Positions 26,701-41,700 of a stretch of DNA of 64,000 nt are shown here, one piece after another (the stretch's first letter is position 1; each line of letters begins with the position of its first letter). The position numbers and the translations under genes are program-made. The notes below the pieces were generated by a model. The model saw only the letters and a list, made by a program, of their open reading frames with translations, did not search any database and had not been told where the DNA came from. The stretch comes from Balanoglossus misakiensis (lineage: Eukaryota; Animalia; Hemichordata), in NCBI GenBank assembly GCA_040954595.2, contig CM082580.2:12352909-12416908 (forward strand). The letters run 5' to 3'.

Positions 26701-29700
26701 GAACTATGGACATAACTGGAAGTGTTAGTGCACAATTGCATAGTGTTGACGAAAGCCCATTGCATGCCACCTATGTAAGATTTTGGAGAAGAACAATGGG
26801 AGTTACCCAATACTTGCTCTGTCTTTTGTCGAATATGCTAATCCGTCAATTGTGCCCCTGTAATATATATCCTCCTCTCTGCTCTGAAAAAATGTGAGCT
26901 AATCATGTTTTTGTTTTCTGGTCTCAAGGTCATGTATGATATTAACTGAAAACTGAAATCATGGCAGCCAGGGCGTGTGAGACTTCAAAGTTGCTGATCC
27001 GTTCGCTGTTTTTCTTCCTCTTGACACCGTGTTCTGTTCGTTTAGATGACTCAGTCTCATGCACACAATTTTGAAGAAGAAAAATGTTATTTGATGCAAC
27101 TCTGCCACATGGTGACATCATGTGTACCATGTGACTGTATTCGTCCAATCGTGTCAATATAGTCCCTAACAATGTATAAGACTATTTGTGTCTTGGTTGA
27201 CGTCATTGTGGTGGGGTTTTTGGGTATTGAGTGTCTCGATTTGGTAAACGACAACAAATAAAGTTATTCTTCAGTTGTTTAGTGTTATGTGGGAATGCTA
27301 CATTCTGATGACAGCCAGCTCTAAGTGTGTGCTTTGAAAATTAATGCCATCCTGAACTTGCAACCAGGAGATGTTGGTTACTAGTATCGGTGATAGTCAA
27401 AAAAGTTCTGTGAAGTAGTTGAGTAAGAAAAGCATGTATACAGTGCGAGTGAGGAGCCTGAAGTTGCTTAGGATTCTGGGTAAAGAATCTGTAAAGTGGT
27501 AATTGGAATCTGGTAATTGTTAAAAGTTCCGTGATTGGGTTTGGTGTCTATCTTGTCTTGTGGCTGTACTGGTTGCTATTGTGTTACATTCATTGGCTGG
27601 AGGCATCAAGGCTAATGAGTTCTCAAAATGTTGATACATGTCGTTCTCGTGTACCAGAGCCAGCTTGTTCTAGGTTGGTGGCAGGAGCATTCATGTTTAA
27701 TGGATGGGCTGTTGCCGTGCAGTGTGGTGTGATGCAACCATACAGGTGTTGCTGGTTGGATGGTTGCAGCCGTACAATAGAAGTTGATGACATACATTGA
27801 TGGATGGCATTTGAGCAGAAAATCCAATCCAGCAGACAAGGAAACATTGCAAGAAAGGGGCTAACCCGTCTCTACGCTGTAGAAGTACATTTGTAGAAAC
27901 AAACCCGTAAATCATTTGCGGATACTGCAACAATCTGCCAGAATTAATTGTTACGAGAAAAGCCATATTTGAAAATTGAGCCTTGTTCCATGTAAACACG
28001 TACTGCTCTTCAGAGAAGTTTATTTATACTGATTGTGAGATTTTGCCGAGAAGGACCAGTTTTCTCCATGATTCACACTGAAACACATAACTTATGGTCG
28101 TAAATTACACACCAGTTGAAATCAAAGACCTGTTGATTTTTTGTGATAGAGAGGTTGTTGAAGTAGGACTGGAGAGCTTTTCAGAGTATTGATCTCCGTG
28201 TGTGGTAAGACAGCAGCAATGAAAAGAAATTGGGAAAGTCTTAATGGAAATTTAATCCGGGTGTCAAAATTTAGTAACGGGATTCAGCATGAAGTAACCA
28301 GTCAATTGAGCAATTATGTCAGAGGAAAATTCCCCCCAAATGGAGTTTGTATAATGATTCGGAAGTTTCATGGGTTCATGAAATCTTGGAATTGTTATGG
28401 ATATTCAGGTGTCACTTACGTTTCTGTGAGAGAAGATCTAAACAGACTAATGTGGAGGTGTAAATGTTTATGAAGTCAAGGTGTGTACAAGCACAGGTTA
28501 CCATGCCGTATGCATGTGAATGGAACCTGACGTATTTTATTGGTCTGTATAAAAACCAAATGAACATCATAACTTGGGACACCCAGAGAGATTCATCAAG
28601 CTCATACATGCATTGTATCATGAGAAAGTCTCTTGACTGCTACAGAGGTGTGTGGCATGTCAGACCAGGTGAAAGGTAAAAAGCTCATATTTAGTCTTTC
28701 CCAAAAATCATCGTGGAAGACATGGATGCCATGAAGAAATCAGGAATTTCCAACTCATATTGTCAAAGGCAGAGAGGTAGAAGTTTAGGAACATGTGGAA
28801 GGCTAATAAAACATATAACCAGAGGACAAAGTAATGGTTCCTCAAAAGTCACTGAAAATGGCCAGTAATATGTTGAAATGTGGAGAGAAGTTAGTGAGCG
28901 TTTACCCAGGCATGCACTGGAATGCATCACTGGGAGACTGTCAAGATAGATGGATTAGTAGATCTATAGGTACATATTCTGTATTAACAGTGGAGTACAT
29001 GTCCAAGTGGTCCTTGACCTCTGCAAGGTTTAATTGTTCCTGATTGACTGTGACTTTGTTGTGATATCGTGAAAACCAAATATTCTGGATCTTACTCCAT
29101 CACTCCAGCTGCCTAACCACCTACTGCAGTGTGTGCTTGGCAACCACCTAGCACCTCACGCTTCAAGTAGCTACATGTTTGATTTTAATAGGGCATTTAT
29201 TTCTCTATGATATGCAGTCTTCAGTATGTGTTGTTGGTACTTTGACATTAATAATAAATGCAGGTTTCTGTAAAGTGCCAGTGGTCTATGATTAATGATG
29301 GAGTCAGGATCAAGCAATCAACTGATTATTACAGTGTCAATGAAAATGTGAAATGTATGCTGTGGTTTGATTAGTGTTTTTTTCCTGAAATCAATGGGAA
29401 AGTTGGTTGAACTTTGCTGGAGTTGTAATCCAATTGAATATATGACACCTTTAGCAATTGAGGTGTTTCATTACTGGAGTAATGAAGCTGTGATGGATTG
29501 AAACGTCCATTTCAACTTGTGCAAGGAAGAGAGATGGATACAGACTGGTCAGCCACCAAGTGATGGACTGCATCATTTTTGGTTGGATATAGTCGGATTT
29601 TAGATGGGTACTTGAACAGTGGTACTGCTGCATCTTGGCGACGCACCAGGATTTAGTGGATACAGTACCCTGGATGCATGCATTCCACACTCACTATTTC

Positions 29701-32700
29701 TTGTAAGGGTAGAGCATCTGCAGTTTGTATATTGTTTTGCCACAATTTCCAGCATAGCTGCGTATTATCATTGATGAGTGCTGCATTTTTTCCTTTGCAT
29801 TCCGTGTGGCTCTTCAAACGAGAACAGCAGCTGTATGTACGAAGTTTGAAGTAGTATTTTGTATCTGACCACAGCTGAGACCTGTTTTTCGCCCACAGGA
29901 GCACGTCAGTCAGCGGTGAAGTAGTCCGCGAGGTCAAATGTCATCCTCTGCTGAAATGGAAACATAATTCAATATCCAAAACTGTGGACTGGTGCCTGGA
30001 TCCAAGGAATTGCACCTTAGGGGCTACTCTGGTGTTAGTTTCAAAATAAACAGTGCATCTGGACACTGGGTCCTCGTTAGAGTGAAAACTGAAGAAAGAT
30101 CAATGTTTGTAGACTTTTAAAGAAAGTTTCTAGAATTTTGAAAAAAACTAACATAACAACATTGTTATGCTTCACATTACCAGCACTCAGAATTTAGTTC
30201 ATGGGAAGATACATATAAGTTGAATAAATATAGATACTATTAGTACAGTGCCGAGAGTGAAATATTTGGATTTACATCTAAAAGAAACTCATCACCTAGC
30301 GATCTTCTCTGAGGTCTGCTAGTTCCTGAAAGCATATTCACTTTCAGAGATTTTATACCGGCAAAAATAATTTGATAGGTTTATTTAGTGTTGAATACCC
30401 AGTGTGTAAGGAGAGTCTGAATTCTCACTGTTGGATGTCGACCGAACAGGAAGTGCAGATATGTCCCATAGTGCTTTGTTTCACGCGATAGAGGTCAGTG
30501 ACTTTCAGTGCGCACCAGGTGATATCAAACCGTTTTTGTATAGACAGGATATGATCATTAATTTTTATGACAAAGGCTTATACAAATGTGCTATATGTTT
30601 CCACCATTGATCACCAAGGCCGCTTTTAATTATTCGAAAGAAAATGACATCATTTTATCAAGGCCATGAGTGATGAACGTTTTGCGTTTATGGGGATAAG
30701 TTCTGAATGGAAGGGAAAGCTGGACTCGGGTCAAAACTGGGCAACAGTCATGCAGAAAACACGTCCTTGAATGCGCAGCTATTTGTTTTTCAGAATGATT
30801 TAGAGTTTTACTGACCATTTGCAGGTAGTTGACACAAATTTCAGGATTGAAATCATGCATGTCGATAAATGGAAGAGTACAGAGTCACTGGCATGACATG
30901 ATGCAATGGGTGATTCATTCTGCTTGCCAGAAATATGGTCCAAGCATTAGAGTATGATTTTCGACGGTGTTTCAGCACATGAAGTGGTCATTTTTACTCT
31001 GATTTTGAGCAGAATTGTCTGTGAATTTAAGTTACAGTGAAACTGTGCGGCAGTGTGCCAAAGTTGTGACTAGTAGTTGTCTGTGTGCATTGGTACTTTA
31101 ACTAGCTGTGAAATAGCAAACCAATAGCATTCCGTGTTATTGACTGACATTCCATGGTAGCTCAGCCTGACTGGATAATGCAGTGCAAGTGTATCGAAAG
31201 CAAACTAAATCAGAGGTGCTAAGAGTGTCTCCAAAGTGGTCCGCTAATCGCAACCTCAAACAGTTCGTGTTTTCTCTCTAATAAATTCAGCAAGAAGTGG
31301 AGAAACTGATAAACAAGAAAACGGGGTGTTTAGTCTGGACCATGTAAACACACTTGGGGACCAGTCCTTGTTTTCCGACAAAGAGAGAGACAATTAATCA
31401 ATTACTCAAGTCAGAATGTCAAGTGACATTGGCCACTCAACATGGTGAATTATGGTTGGATTGTGTTGTCTGGGGGGAGATGATGGTGGCTTTTCAGAAA
31501 GCACACCATATTGTAAGGACAGCAATAAAAAATGATTAGGAGAAACCAATAGGCTGGCATTACAGTGGAAGATAATTACCTGTGGTCTTTGGTTTTTATT
31601 TATTGACTGCTACTAGGTATTGATCACGTAATGCTAGGTTTCACCTTGGTATAATTTGCGATTGTGTCAGGCCGCCTTAAAAGATGCACGGACACACACA
31701 CACACACAGCAGCGAGACAGTACTTAGCACCAGACTCTTTCCCCCATCGCCATACAGCGGAGATGGGTACAATGCAACCGTACTGCTACCTTTGACCGAC
31801 TCTTTGTCCTGATGCAGCAAAGAGACTTTTGTCAGTTTTATTGACTTTAACAAAGTGTATTTAATTACATACAGGTGACACTCCCTTGGCAGTGTGTACT
31901 ATTTTTCTGCCACTCGTGGGTTCTAAAGGACGTTTTTGAATGAGTGCAGAAAAGAAAGAAAGAGCGAACAGGGGATTCGTGTCTGAAAAGGAACCAATCT
32001 TTGGTGTCCTGTAGCTGGTCTGTCCCTACAGTGAACAGCACCATGGGTTATAATTGATTACAGGGGAACCCAGTGCTACTTAGATATCAATCACAGGAAA
32101 CACTCACAACTCTCATGAATGTGAAAATTTTATGTCGATTCCCCCAGCTGGAAAAAAAATCATTCATGAACGGCTGTTTGTAGACAAGACGAAAATGGAA
32201 TGTTTTGGAAAGGAGAACTCGAAACTTGTGACATTTCATCATCAAGTTTTGACCACATGGATGTAATGAGAAAATGAAATAAAAAGCAATGAAAGAAAAC
32301 GTTCAAACACTGATTAATCACACACCCACATGTCAAACAAGTAAAATCACACACACGAATACCAATCTCATGATTCTTAATGTTTTACAAGATCTTTCCA
32401 AGTTGCTTAAGTGACAAGCGATTCATCAATGCCTGGTATTAGAGGGAGACAGCTTCACATGGTTCTTTTGCCAGACTTTCTTTGTGCTGGTTTGTTTAGA
32501 GATAAAACTGTGTACATAATAAACATAAGAAAGTAATAAGTAGAGTTGGAAAATTTCAGACGCTTTCAAGGCCATGCAAACTTTAATGAGCTTATTGTAG
32601 TTACAAATCACTTTCTATCCTATAATATTTTCTTTGTGTCTCTTTATTCTTACCCTAAGTCCCTTGCCAGTTGGTTCGTTGCTAAGCTCATTATTAAATA

Positions 32701-35700
32701 TTGAAAACAGTGGAATGTGTAATTTAAGTTTAAGTCCTTTCTCTGTTGGGTTTTATGATAAAATCCAGTGATTAGCAAGATTTATTCACCATAGAGATTT
32801 CATTAGCGATAATTGGACAGGTAGGTGGACAGGTAGATAACACACAGATCTCTCCTTGTACAGGGTTCCATAGATAACAGTTTAAAACACACACCCTTCT
32901 TATACTAGATTGGACCAAAGTTAAAATTGGTCACAAGACAAAACTAGCTCACTGTGTTGCCATTGCATGGCATGGCATGGCATATACTTAAACTGGCCAT
33001 CGTTCTATTCATATACATGTAGTCAAAAGTTTTACGATGCTGTAGCTTGAGTTTTGCCTGAAGTGCACAGTATCTGAATCTAATCAGTTTTATTGCCATG
33101 TTGAAATGTTCACTGGTTCAGTATCAAAGTAATTAGATAATTAGATCAACTCTCTTATGAACTACTCTTGCTCAGAGGTTACAAAGTCCTTGGACTTCTT
33201 CCACTTCAGTGATGATGTATTTGTGATACAGCGATGGCCTTTAACGTGGCCCACTTTATAGGGCTGGTCGAACTCTACAGCATTGAAACAGACTTCAACT
33301 TGACATCAAATCAAATTGATGTGTTGTTTATCAGTGGCGTTCACTTCTGCCTTTTCTCACCAGTCAGCCATTCTGAGTGTTTCAGAATGACCTGCCCCCC
33401 CCCCCCCCCCTTTACGAGCAATTGAGTTATGCCACCGTACAGCAAAGTCCCAATTATTTAACCAGAAACTGTAGTTTGTGAAAATGAAATGTATACAGGG
33501 ACAACAAAGGGCTTTTATCGAGAAGTAATGAAATTTATTGTTGCATCCTAAAGCGGCATCGGTTGAGAACCTTGTTTACAAAATAACTTTCGAACATTAG
33601 GCATTTACAGAGGAATTTCTCATCTCGGAGCGAAATCAGGTGGAAACATGGCATAGAAATTACACTGGCTGCATTTAGCCCGTTTTTCCCGGCCAGTGAA
33701 TTTTCAATTTATCATAGGTCAGAGGTTAAAACTGGAGGCCAAGGGTCAAGTAAACATATTTGTCCAAGGCTTGGGCAAAGAGAAAGGAGTCCCGGTGAAC
33801 AATTAAGTATTTTTGGCTGAAAGATGTAAATTGTGCGTGTATTTTGATAGAGTAAAAGGAGGAATTTTAAACGTTGCATTTTTTTGCTACATAGATGAAT
33901 TGGCAATGGGCTAGAATAACCACAAAGTGCAGAGTTTATTTTCTAATTTTAAAACCATGTACGTAGAGGTATTACCTACCATTCACTTGTTTTTGAAGAG
34001 CAACCTTTTGAAGAGCTAAATAAAATGGTGCGAAGTGTTATCAAATTTCATAGCATAATAAAATTGTAACATCTATTTTTGGCCTGAGATTTTATGTGCT
34101 CAATACATTGATGCATTGTAGTACATTAGACTACATCCTCGTCGGTTATAGGCACTACAATTTATCCGTTCATGTGCACCTATCTCGTATACTTGCAATA
34201 TCTTGTGTGTCAAGTGCCCTTTCTATCTGTCAAAGCCAGCACAGCATTCGTTCAATCTTGAGTGCAAAGCGTGTGCTTGGTGTGGATTTTGTAAAATTCT
34301 CCATGTTTCTCAGTCAACAGTAGTTCAGTCAGAGATCAATTGGTCAAGGCATTTCCTGCTACTCTTTCACATCCAAGCCCACATTTTGTTCTGTCAATTT
34401 TAAACCGCGTCTCGAATCTTTAACAGTATATTAAGTCTCTTCCAGACTTGTCTGTAAATGCATGTGTCTCTTTGCTTGACTCTTGGCCGTGATCTGAATA
34501 CGAGATTAAGCGCTGGTAAGAGAATGCCAATATATGAACGGGCGCAGCTCAATACACTGCTTGTTATCAGATCTTTATTTTAATGTCAAACCAATGTTCA
34601 TTAATCTGCCTTCCCATAAGGTTCAATATAACATCTCGGTGGGGCGGCCAATAACTGATAAGCATTTTAGTACGGAGACCGTAAAAACACATTAGTGTAA
34701 TCACATGAAAATCATCCATCACTTCCGCTGTGAAAATTGAATATGTATGCCCCATGGAATTAAGTACAAAATTCAGCCACTGTATTCGACTAAATTAAAG
34801 AAATTTTGTAATTAAATAGGAGGGTGTAAAACTCAGGTGTGTTTTTTAATTAAAGTCGCAGTATATCAAATTTCTGCATTTGCGTTTGTGAACTCAATAC
34901 AGTCTGCGCTTTATACCTGTGCAACTGCAGCTTTGAACATCATTTGACTGCATTAGACAGTTTATAACAGGCCTGGCCAAGTCAAAGGTCACATAAACAA
35001 CAGTCAAATGTCATATTTTATCAGTAGCTTAGATTAACTGCGGGGAAGAATTATGCAAATGAATCCAACAGGCTCTGAACAGTTTGCGGTGATACACATC
35101 AGTAAATTAATAGTAGGATGTGTCAGAGGTCACATTTTCAGTACTTGATAAAATCTAGCGGCACATTTTCCATATTAAATGCCAAGTCTGCAGTGGATCC
35201 GCCACACATTCTGTAATTGTAGTCACATGATAGCTCGTATTGCTTTCATGTTCTGAATCCCCGACAGCAGTGGCAAGCACGACGTGCTAGCTGACGAGGT
35301 TCATTTTTGAAACACCGTCTCATTTGCTGCGGGGCTTAGTTTCTCAGCTTTCCATTACGCGAGACTCTGCCTTTGAAATGATAACCTCATACATCTCAAT
35401 ATACACTGATTTCAACTTCAGCATTTGCAGACGGGCGACATTTATCGGTTTCCATGGAAACAGTATTTTCCAAAGTGAGGAAAACAAGATTTCCCTGTAG
35501 CAATACCAGCATCTTTACTGAGGATTCGTGTTCTACCTACAGATATATGGTATCTTTTTGAACATCAGAGAACAAACATATCTCAATAAGGCTTGCTGAG
35601 AAAAAGATGGAAATTTCCAAGCTGTGAAAATGATTTTGAGGCTGCTGAACTAGATAGCAATCATTTTTTTTTAGCAATTCTGGCTCCAAAGAACCGGAAA

Positions 35701-38700
35701 TGGAGAGGAGACATTGAAGACTGAAATGTCGAAACTCTGTTATCAGGGGTTTTTTTTTGGCATTCTTTGCAAGTAATTTAAATTTTGTGAAAATTGAACT
35801 GATACGACTATTTGTTCACCTTAGTCTGTCTGTGAATGGCAGGGATGTTAAATAAGACATGTATCGATTTAATGCAGCAATACTGTCGAGTGAGTGTTCA
35901 GGGAATTTGTATCAGTGTGCGCGTAAATTAAGTTTGCCTTTCGTATTATTGATGGCAGTGAGGTTTTTATTCCTGCAATAAACTGTTAACATATATGTCT
36001 TATTACCACCTTCAGGGAAAGTGATATTGACGTCACAGAAACAAAAAGGCTGTTAAAAAACCTTTCCCTGTAACAATATACATGAAAAATTATTTTCAAA
36101 ATGATATATGAAAAGCTCAATTTTATGAAGCATTGAATTTGAATGCCATTCAAATTGAAAATATTGTACAGAGATATTTATAATTTATCTAGAGCACAAC
36201 TTGATGTGGTAGACGGCATGTAGAAAGAAAAAACGATTTGAATTAAATGATAATTGTGTTCTTTAAAACAAGAAGGCTGTATTGATGTACTACAGCTTTT
36301 ATTTGCCATTGTGTTTGGGGGACCAGACTGTGATAGTGGTTTTTTTAGAAGCCTCTGTCTCTTGACCGTGGTTATTGACCCCCCAGGCAAGATGGTCACT
36401 TGATGAATTTAATTAAAAATGAAAAGTATTCAGTGAAACAATTAGTACATAATGTGTATAGTGCTACACACTTATGTTCTCATATTTTTGAAAGTCATTG
36501 TTACAGTACAGACACTGTTCAGATGGTTGTGGGTACTTTCCTTAATACAAAGAAAAAATTAATCTTTAGTATTTGTTACTGACATTATAATGGGGATCTA
36601 AACCCAGTTGGTTTCATGTGTGACCTTCAACATAAAAATAGCATTCCTGAATTAGTCAATCAGCAGGCAACAGAGGATATACAGATGTTTGGTGGAGGTT
36701 TAATTGAAGCACAAGCAAAGACACTGCTGCTAGGGATGTATGTGACCCGGTCGTATACATTGGCGTGTTAGTCGACTTTAATGAATTCTGAAAAAATAAC
36801 CACGAGGGTGCCGTATTTCAAAACAATTGAAAGAAAATCTCAATTAGGGCTTGCATCTGTGCTGGTGTATGTAACGTGTAGCTGAGAGATTTCGCAAGTT
36901 TTAAGCAATATAGGTCGTTAGAATACACCATTATAGTGACCTTGTGCATGTTTCAACGATGACTCATGCTAACCGAGGTGTCATGTTGGGAACAGCACAC
37001 AGAGATGCCTGCAGGAAATGTACTCACTCTCTTCTGTTTTGTGTGCCGGCTTGCCCTGAATTAATACACCAATTTATAAAAAACTACAATGTAGGCCTTT
37101 CTTTCATGTTTTATAAATGCCTGCCTATGTTACAGCTGTTAGCACTGACATCTTGGCCATTTCCTAGGCATGTGGTTGAGCATTAACCTTTGTATGTAAC
37201 AATATTCAACATCCCCCCATTCTGTTCTCTCCTGGTCAACTCTACGCCACCCCCCAGCTTTTCCCATTGCCAAGAATTTTGCGTTCCCAGACATGGTAAT
37301 CGGCGTGAAATCTCACAGTTAGACAAAGGGGGATTTGGGCATTGGTGGGACAAGCAGCGCTGCAGAACAAAAAACCACCTTTATGCATGAAATCTCCGCT
37401 GGCTCGATCGTACTAAAGGTTTATGCGTGTGACCGAGGGGCAATATTCAGATAGAGGGCAGCAAACACTTCGAAATACCAGTTTATTGGTCAGAGTTTAA
37501 TAACATCATTTTTTCTGTTTCTCAATTTTTTGTCAAACTTTAGATTCCCACAAGGAGGACAGTATGTAGAAGCGAATCTTTTTGACCAGATTGATTTTGT
37601 CTGCCCAAGAGTTGCCAACACCACCCATGAACAGAACAGGGCACAGTACAACATCATCTACCAAGTGCCAAAGAAGGGATTGGACGACTGTGATGCAACA
37701 GTGGAAGGGTCGCGGGTTTTGCACGTTTGCGATGAACCTTTCCAGGAAAACAGATATTCTTTATTCATCACAGATTTTAGTCCAATCCCAGGAGATTTCG
37801 TCTTTGAAACGGGGCGAGAATATCATTATATAAGTATGTACTACCAGATTTCATCTCTGGTATCAATCTGATCTTCTTAAACACTTGCAATGGCGACTAG
37901 AGTATTATCCTGTTTATTGATGATGGCATCATTCAAAACACGATTTTCAGGTCTTTGCAGCGTCTTACAAACTGTCAAACATCTGGTGATTGAGTCCAGC
38001 AGAGTGTCTATTGTCAGATTTAAACTGGACATCATTTAAATTACAATGTGCTAATCCACACTTACTATTTGGAAAAAAAATTGCCTAAATCAAAATGTTG
38101 TGACAGCTGATTTGGATCATTCTCCAACTTATGCACCAATCAAATATCAGTAACAACAAGATTCCTTTATAGTTGCAAAGGAACCATTTGTTTTGATATG
38201 AAGAGTATCACAGCGGGTTCAGCAGCCAATTAGATGTTTATATTCTCTAATGCAGTTCACCCGGGCAACCCTAGGAGAGGTCACACAAGTGTCTAGACTG
38301 TGACAACCTCCTATCTGTTTGACCTTTATATAGTTACACACATTTCCATTATTGTTTATAATTTGTCTGATAAACATTTATTTTACGAATATGGCAGCCA
38401 GAGAGCAGAAATATTTTCTTATTGAACCAGTGATATGTAATCACTCGCTCAAAATAAATACCATGGACATGCACTGACCTAAGCAAGAATCAACACAGTC
38501 CTGGAACAAGTTCAAGCAAACTGGCTGGGGAGATATTTTTAGCCTGTTTACATTTACACAGGTGGAATGTACAGTCAGGGAGAATGAATCCATGCTTGTT
38601 CCATTGTATCAGATTGATGACGTCATACCAGATGAGGATGATAGCCTCTGTCAAACGGTAGTCATAGATATTTCAAGTAGAAATCCTAAATGAACAGTAG

Positions 38701-41700
38701 CTGTAAATAGTTTTGTTTGGGGTATCAACCAAAGTGTCTTGCTGTTCTCCCCCAAACCGTGTTAAAATGGCCAGAGCTTGCATTACACATTAAACAAGTG
38801 CAGTGTTCGATTTGGTCAGGTTTTTTTGACAATAAAATGTTGAAAAGGACACTCTGTTACTGTGACCCTCGGGGTCTTGTTGAGAGACTGAAACAACACT
38901 TTCTCAATCATCTGGACACAAGTGTGTCTTCAGGCAAAATGTGTCACAATTTATCACACAAACTGCAGTGACATAGTAAAAACAAATAGGATGGGATGGT
39001 GACATGAAAAACAGCTGGAAGCTGTTATCTATGTCACTCAGTGAGGCAGTTATCATTTTATGTCGAGGGTCTGTCATTAAACTGTTCAGTAGTGGTTCTG
39101 TTATTAAACTGTTCAGTGGTGGTTGTTTGGCATTCGCTAACCGAATTTAATAGTTTTCCCTCCAAAAATTTGATCAGTGTAGCGCATCATATTGAATAGA
39201 GGGCACACTGCTCATTTCATACTGGCAGAGCATATCTGGTCGGCCATCTTGGAAAAATGCTGATTGTGAATTTTCCTGTTTTTAACCAATCACCTTTCCC
39301 CTGTCTTTCAGGTGTGGGCGATGGCACAAGGACAGGCATGTCAAATAAAAAAGGCGGCAACTGCCTAGAAAAAGATATGAAACTTACAATAAAAATTTGC
39401 TGCGGCAGTCCGTCATCGTCATCGCCGAGTGAGTATTGAGTCACTTTATCATTATAAATCATAATTTGTATTTTAATAAATTTGTATAAAATTTGTAAGT
39501 GTTGTAATGTGATGTGGTTAAAGCTCGCTGCAAATTGCATTTTGTTATTTTATAATTTTTTTGGTCAGTGTGATCGTATTAACTCACCTGGGGCAACAGA
39601 ATACTAATTTAATATTAACCAATTATGCTGGTGTGTACATTCCATGTGTGTGTGAAAATACATCTGTTACATAATCATTGGTTTCTGTATTGTATTCAAC
39701 AATGTGTGAACATAGTAAAAATCATGTACGCATGAAATGAAATATTTGCATCATAATCTAGGGATTTTCCTGTCTTTTGTCATCGCCTCGATTAACAGCC
39801 ACAAATTGTTTTCATTGAGTCTTTGCTTTTGTACACACGTCTTTCCTGCTAATTAATATCTTGTCTTTTTATTCATGCTGGCTTAAAATTCTTACTTTTA
39901 ACTGTTCTTTAATGAGTCAAATGGCCTACAATATTGCATAACCACCCTGAACAAAATTTTATGTGTGTGGTCATATTCAACTGAGACCTGGACACCAAAT
40001 CGTGGTAAAAGGAAATCTGCATTGCCAGGTTGCATTAATTCATTGTATATCAGAATACTACTGATTTAAGTTAATTTCCAACACAATGTTTGTTGTAAAT
40101 ATTGTTAACGTTTAAATCATTAAATAGTATTCGTAAATATCCTGAAGATTTCATATGTTACCCCGTAAAGCGTTCTTGCCTTGACGTGTCACATTGCCAT
40201 AGAAACGTGTTTTGTCTTGAGTATCGGTGATTCGACAGGACTTAGCAATCAGATCTACCTACACCAATAACTTCTCGCGTCAAATGAAACTGATTATAAC
40301 CACCAGCAGATTGTGGCTAATGTCCCTTTCAATGTACTATCAAGTATTTAAAAGATTGACAATGAAAGGCTGTTTCGTGAAAAATTATTGGGAAGACTTT
40401 CGGTATCATGTTACAGTTCAAGTGAGTCAATGTGAAGTGGAGTTTTGTTCTTCTGAAGAGTAATTTAAATTACAAGCTTAACTGAATTCACCTGCAAAGC
40501 CTATGTACATTTCCTCTTTACACAGTAGCACAGATTAGCATGGTTGCCCTTGTACGGCCTTTTAAAGTCTTAAAAGCCTGTGTCCAGATCGTTGCAACCA
40601 TGGTTCATGTTTTTCAGCAGATATCATCACAGTCCAGTGGGTTGTTTAAAATTCTGGAAAGAAATTGCACCGCGCTAACTATGACAGCATCGAAATTACG
40701 AACACATGGGAAAATAAATTTCTGTTGCTCAAGCGTGAAGGCGGCAGAGTGTTTTTGTAGATGGAGCCGATGAACTGGTCGCATTCCCAGACAACTTTTT
40801 TGTCTGAAATGCATCCAGATTTCACTGGAATGAAGTAATTCTGGTAACATGAATCGATTTCAAGTGGTTGCAAGTGTAGGCTATTATTCTTGGGTTTAAT
40901 TCTATAATGGTTTGCAGGACTGCAGCCCCAGTAATTTGATAAGGATCTACTTAATTCAAGACACTTTACACTTTCCTTTTCTCCCAGATCCTGCCTCTAT
41001 CAAAGAGCACACTTTGATCCCGAAAAAAGTAGTGGAAACAACATGAAATCTTCAGGAAATTTGCTGCATTTAATACTAACTATAATTTTACCAAGAAATA
41101 ATTCCCCAAGGTTGAAAAAGATAAATAAATTACATAGTGTTTAATGTAACCATGGCAATATTTGTAACATAGATGCATTGTGTTATATATAAAATTGTTC
41201 TAGTATGACATAAATCAACTGAAGGCTTTTGATGTTATTTTTGTTCATTTATAATTGCTTCATTTTATTCTTTGCCTGTTGATGTCTTTGTGCATATATC
41301 TATAAGTTGTTTCACGTTTTACTTATTCTAGCCATTGCATTTACTACTCCAACCAAAGACACCAACTTGGTCCCCGATAAGAGACCGACGACGAAAGGTG
41401 CGTGACTATGGAATCAACTATGACCTCTGACCTCTGTTCACATTTTCTTGCCTTCTCTGTGAATGCATCTAACACATCCTGCTTGCTCCAGTCTTTCCCT
41501 TTAGTTTCCACTAATCCATAAGGTGTATTTTAACTGTTAATATGTCGGTGCATGTTAAACCCAGTCCCCCGTGAATTTTTCCCACTCCTTGGAAAAAATT
41601 CTCTGCTAGGTTTTATTAAAGACATTAAAACAAACAGTGCTTGTATTTTCCGAAGTCAGCATGATGGGGTTGCATGCTTTGAGTCCCACTGTGCATGTGT

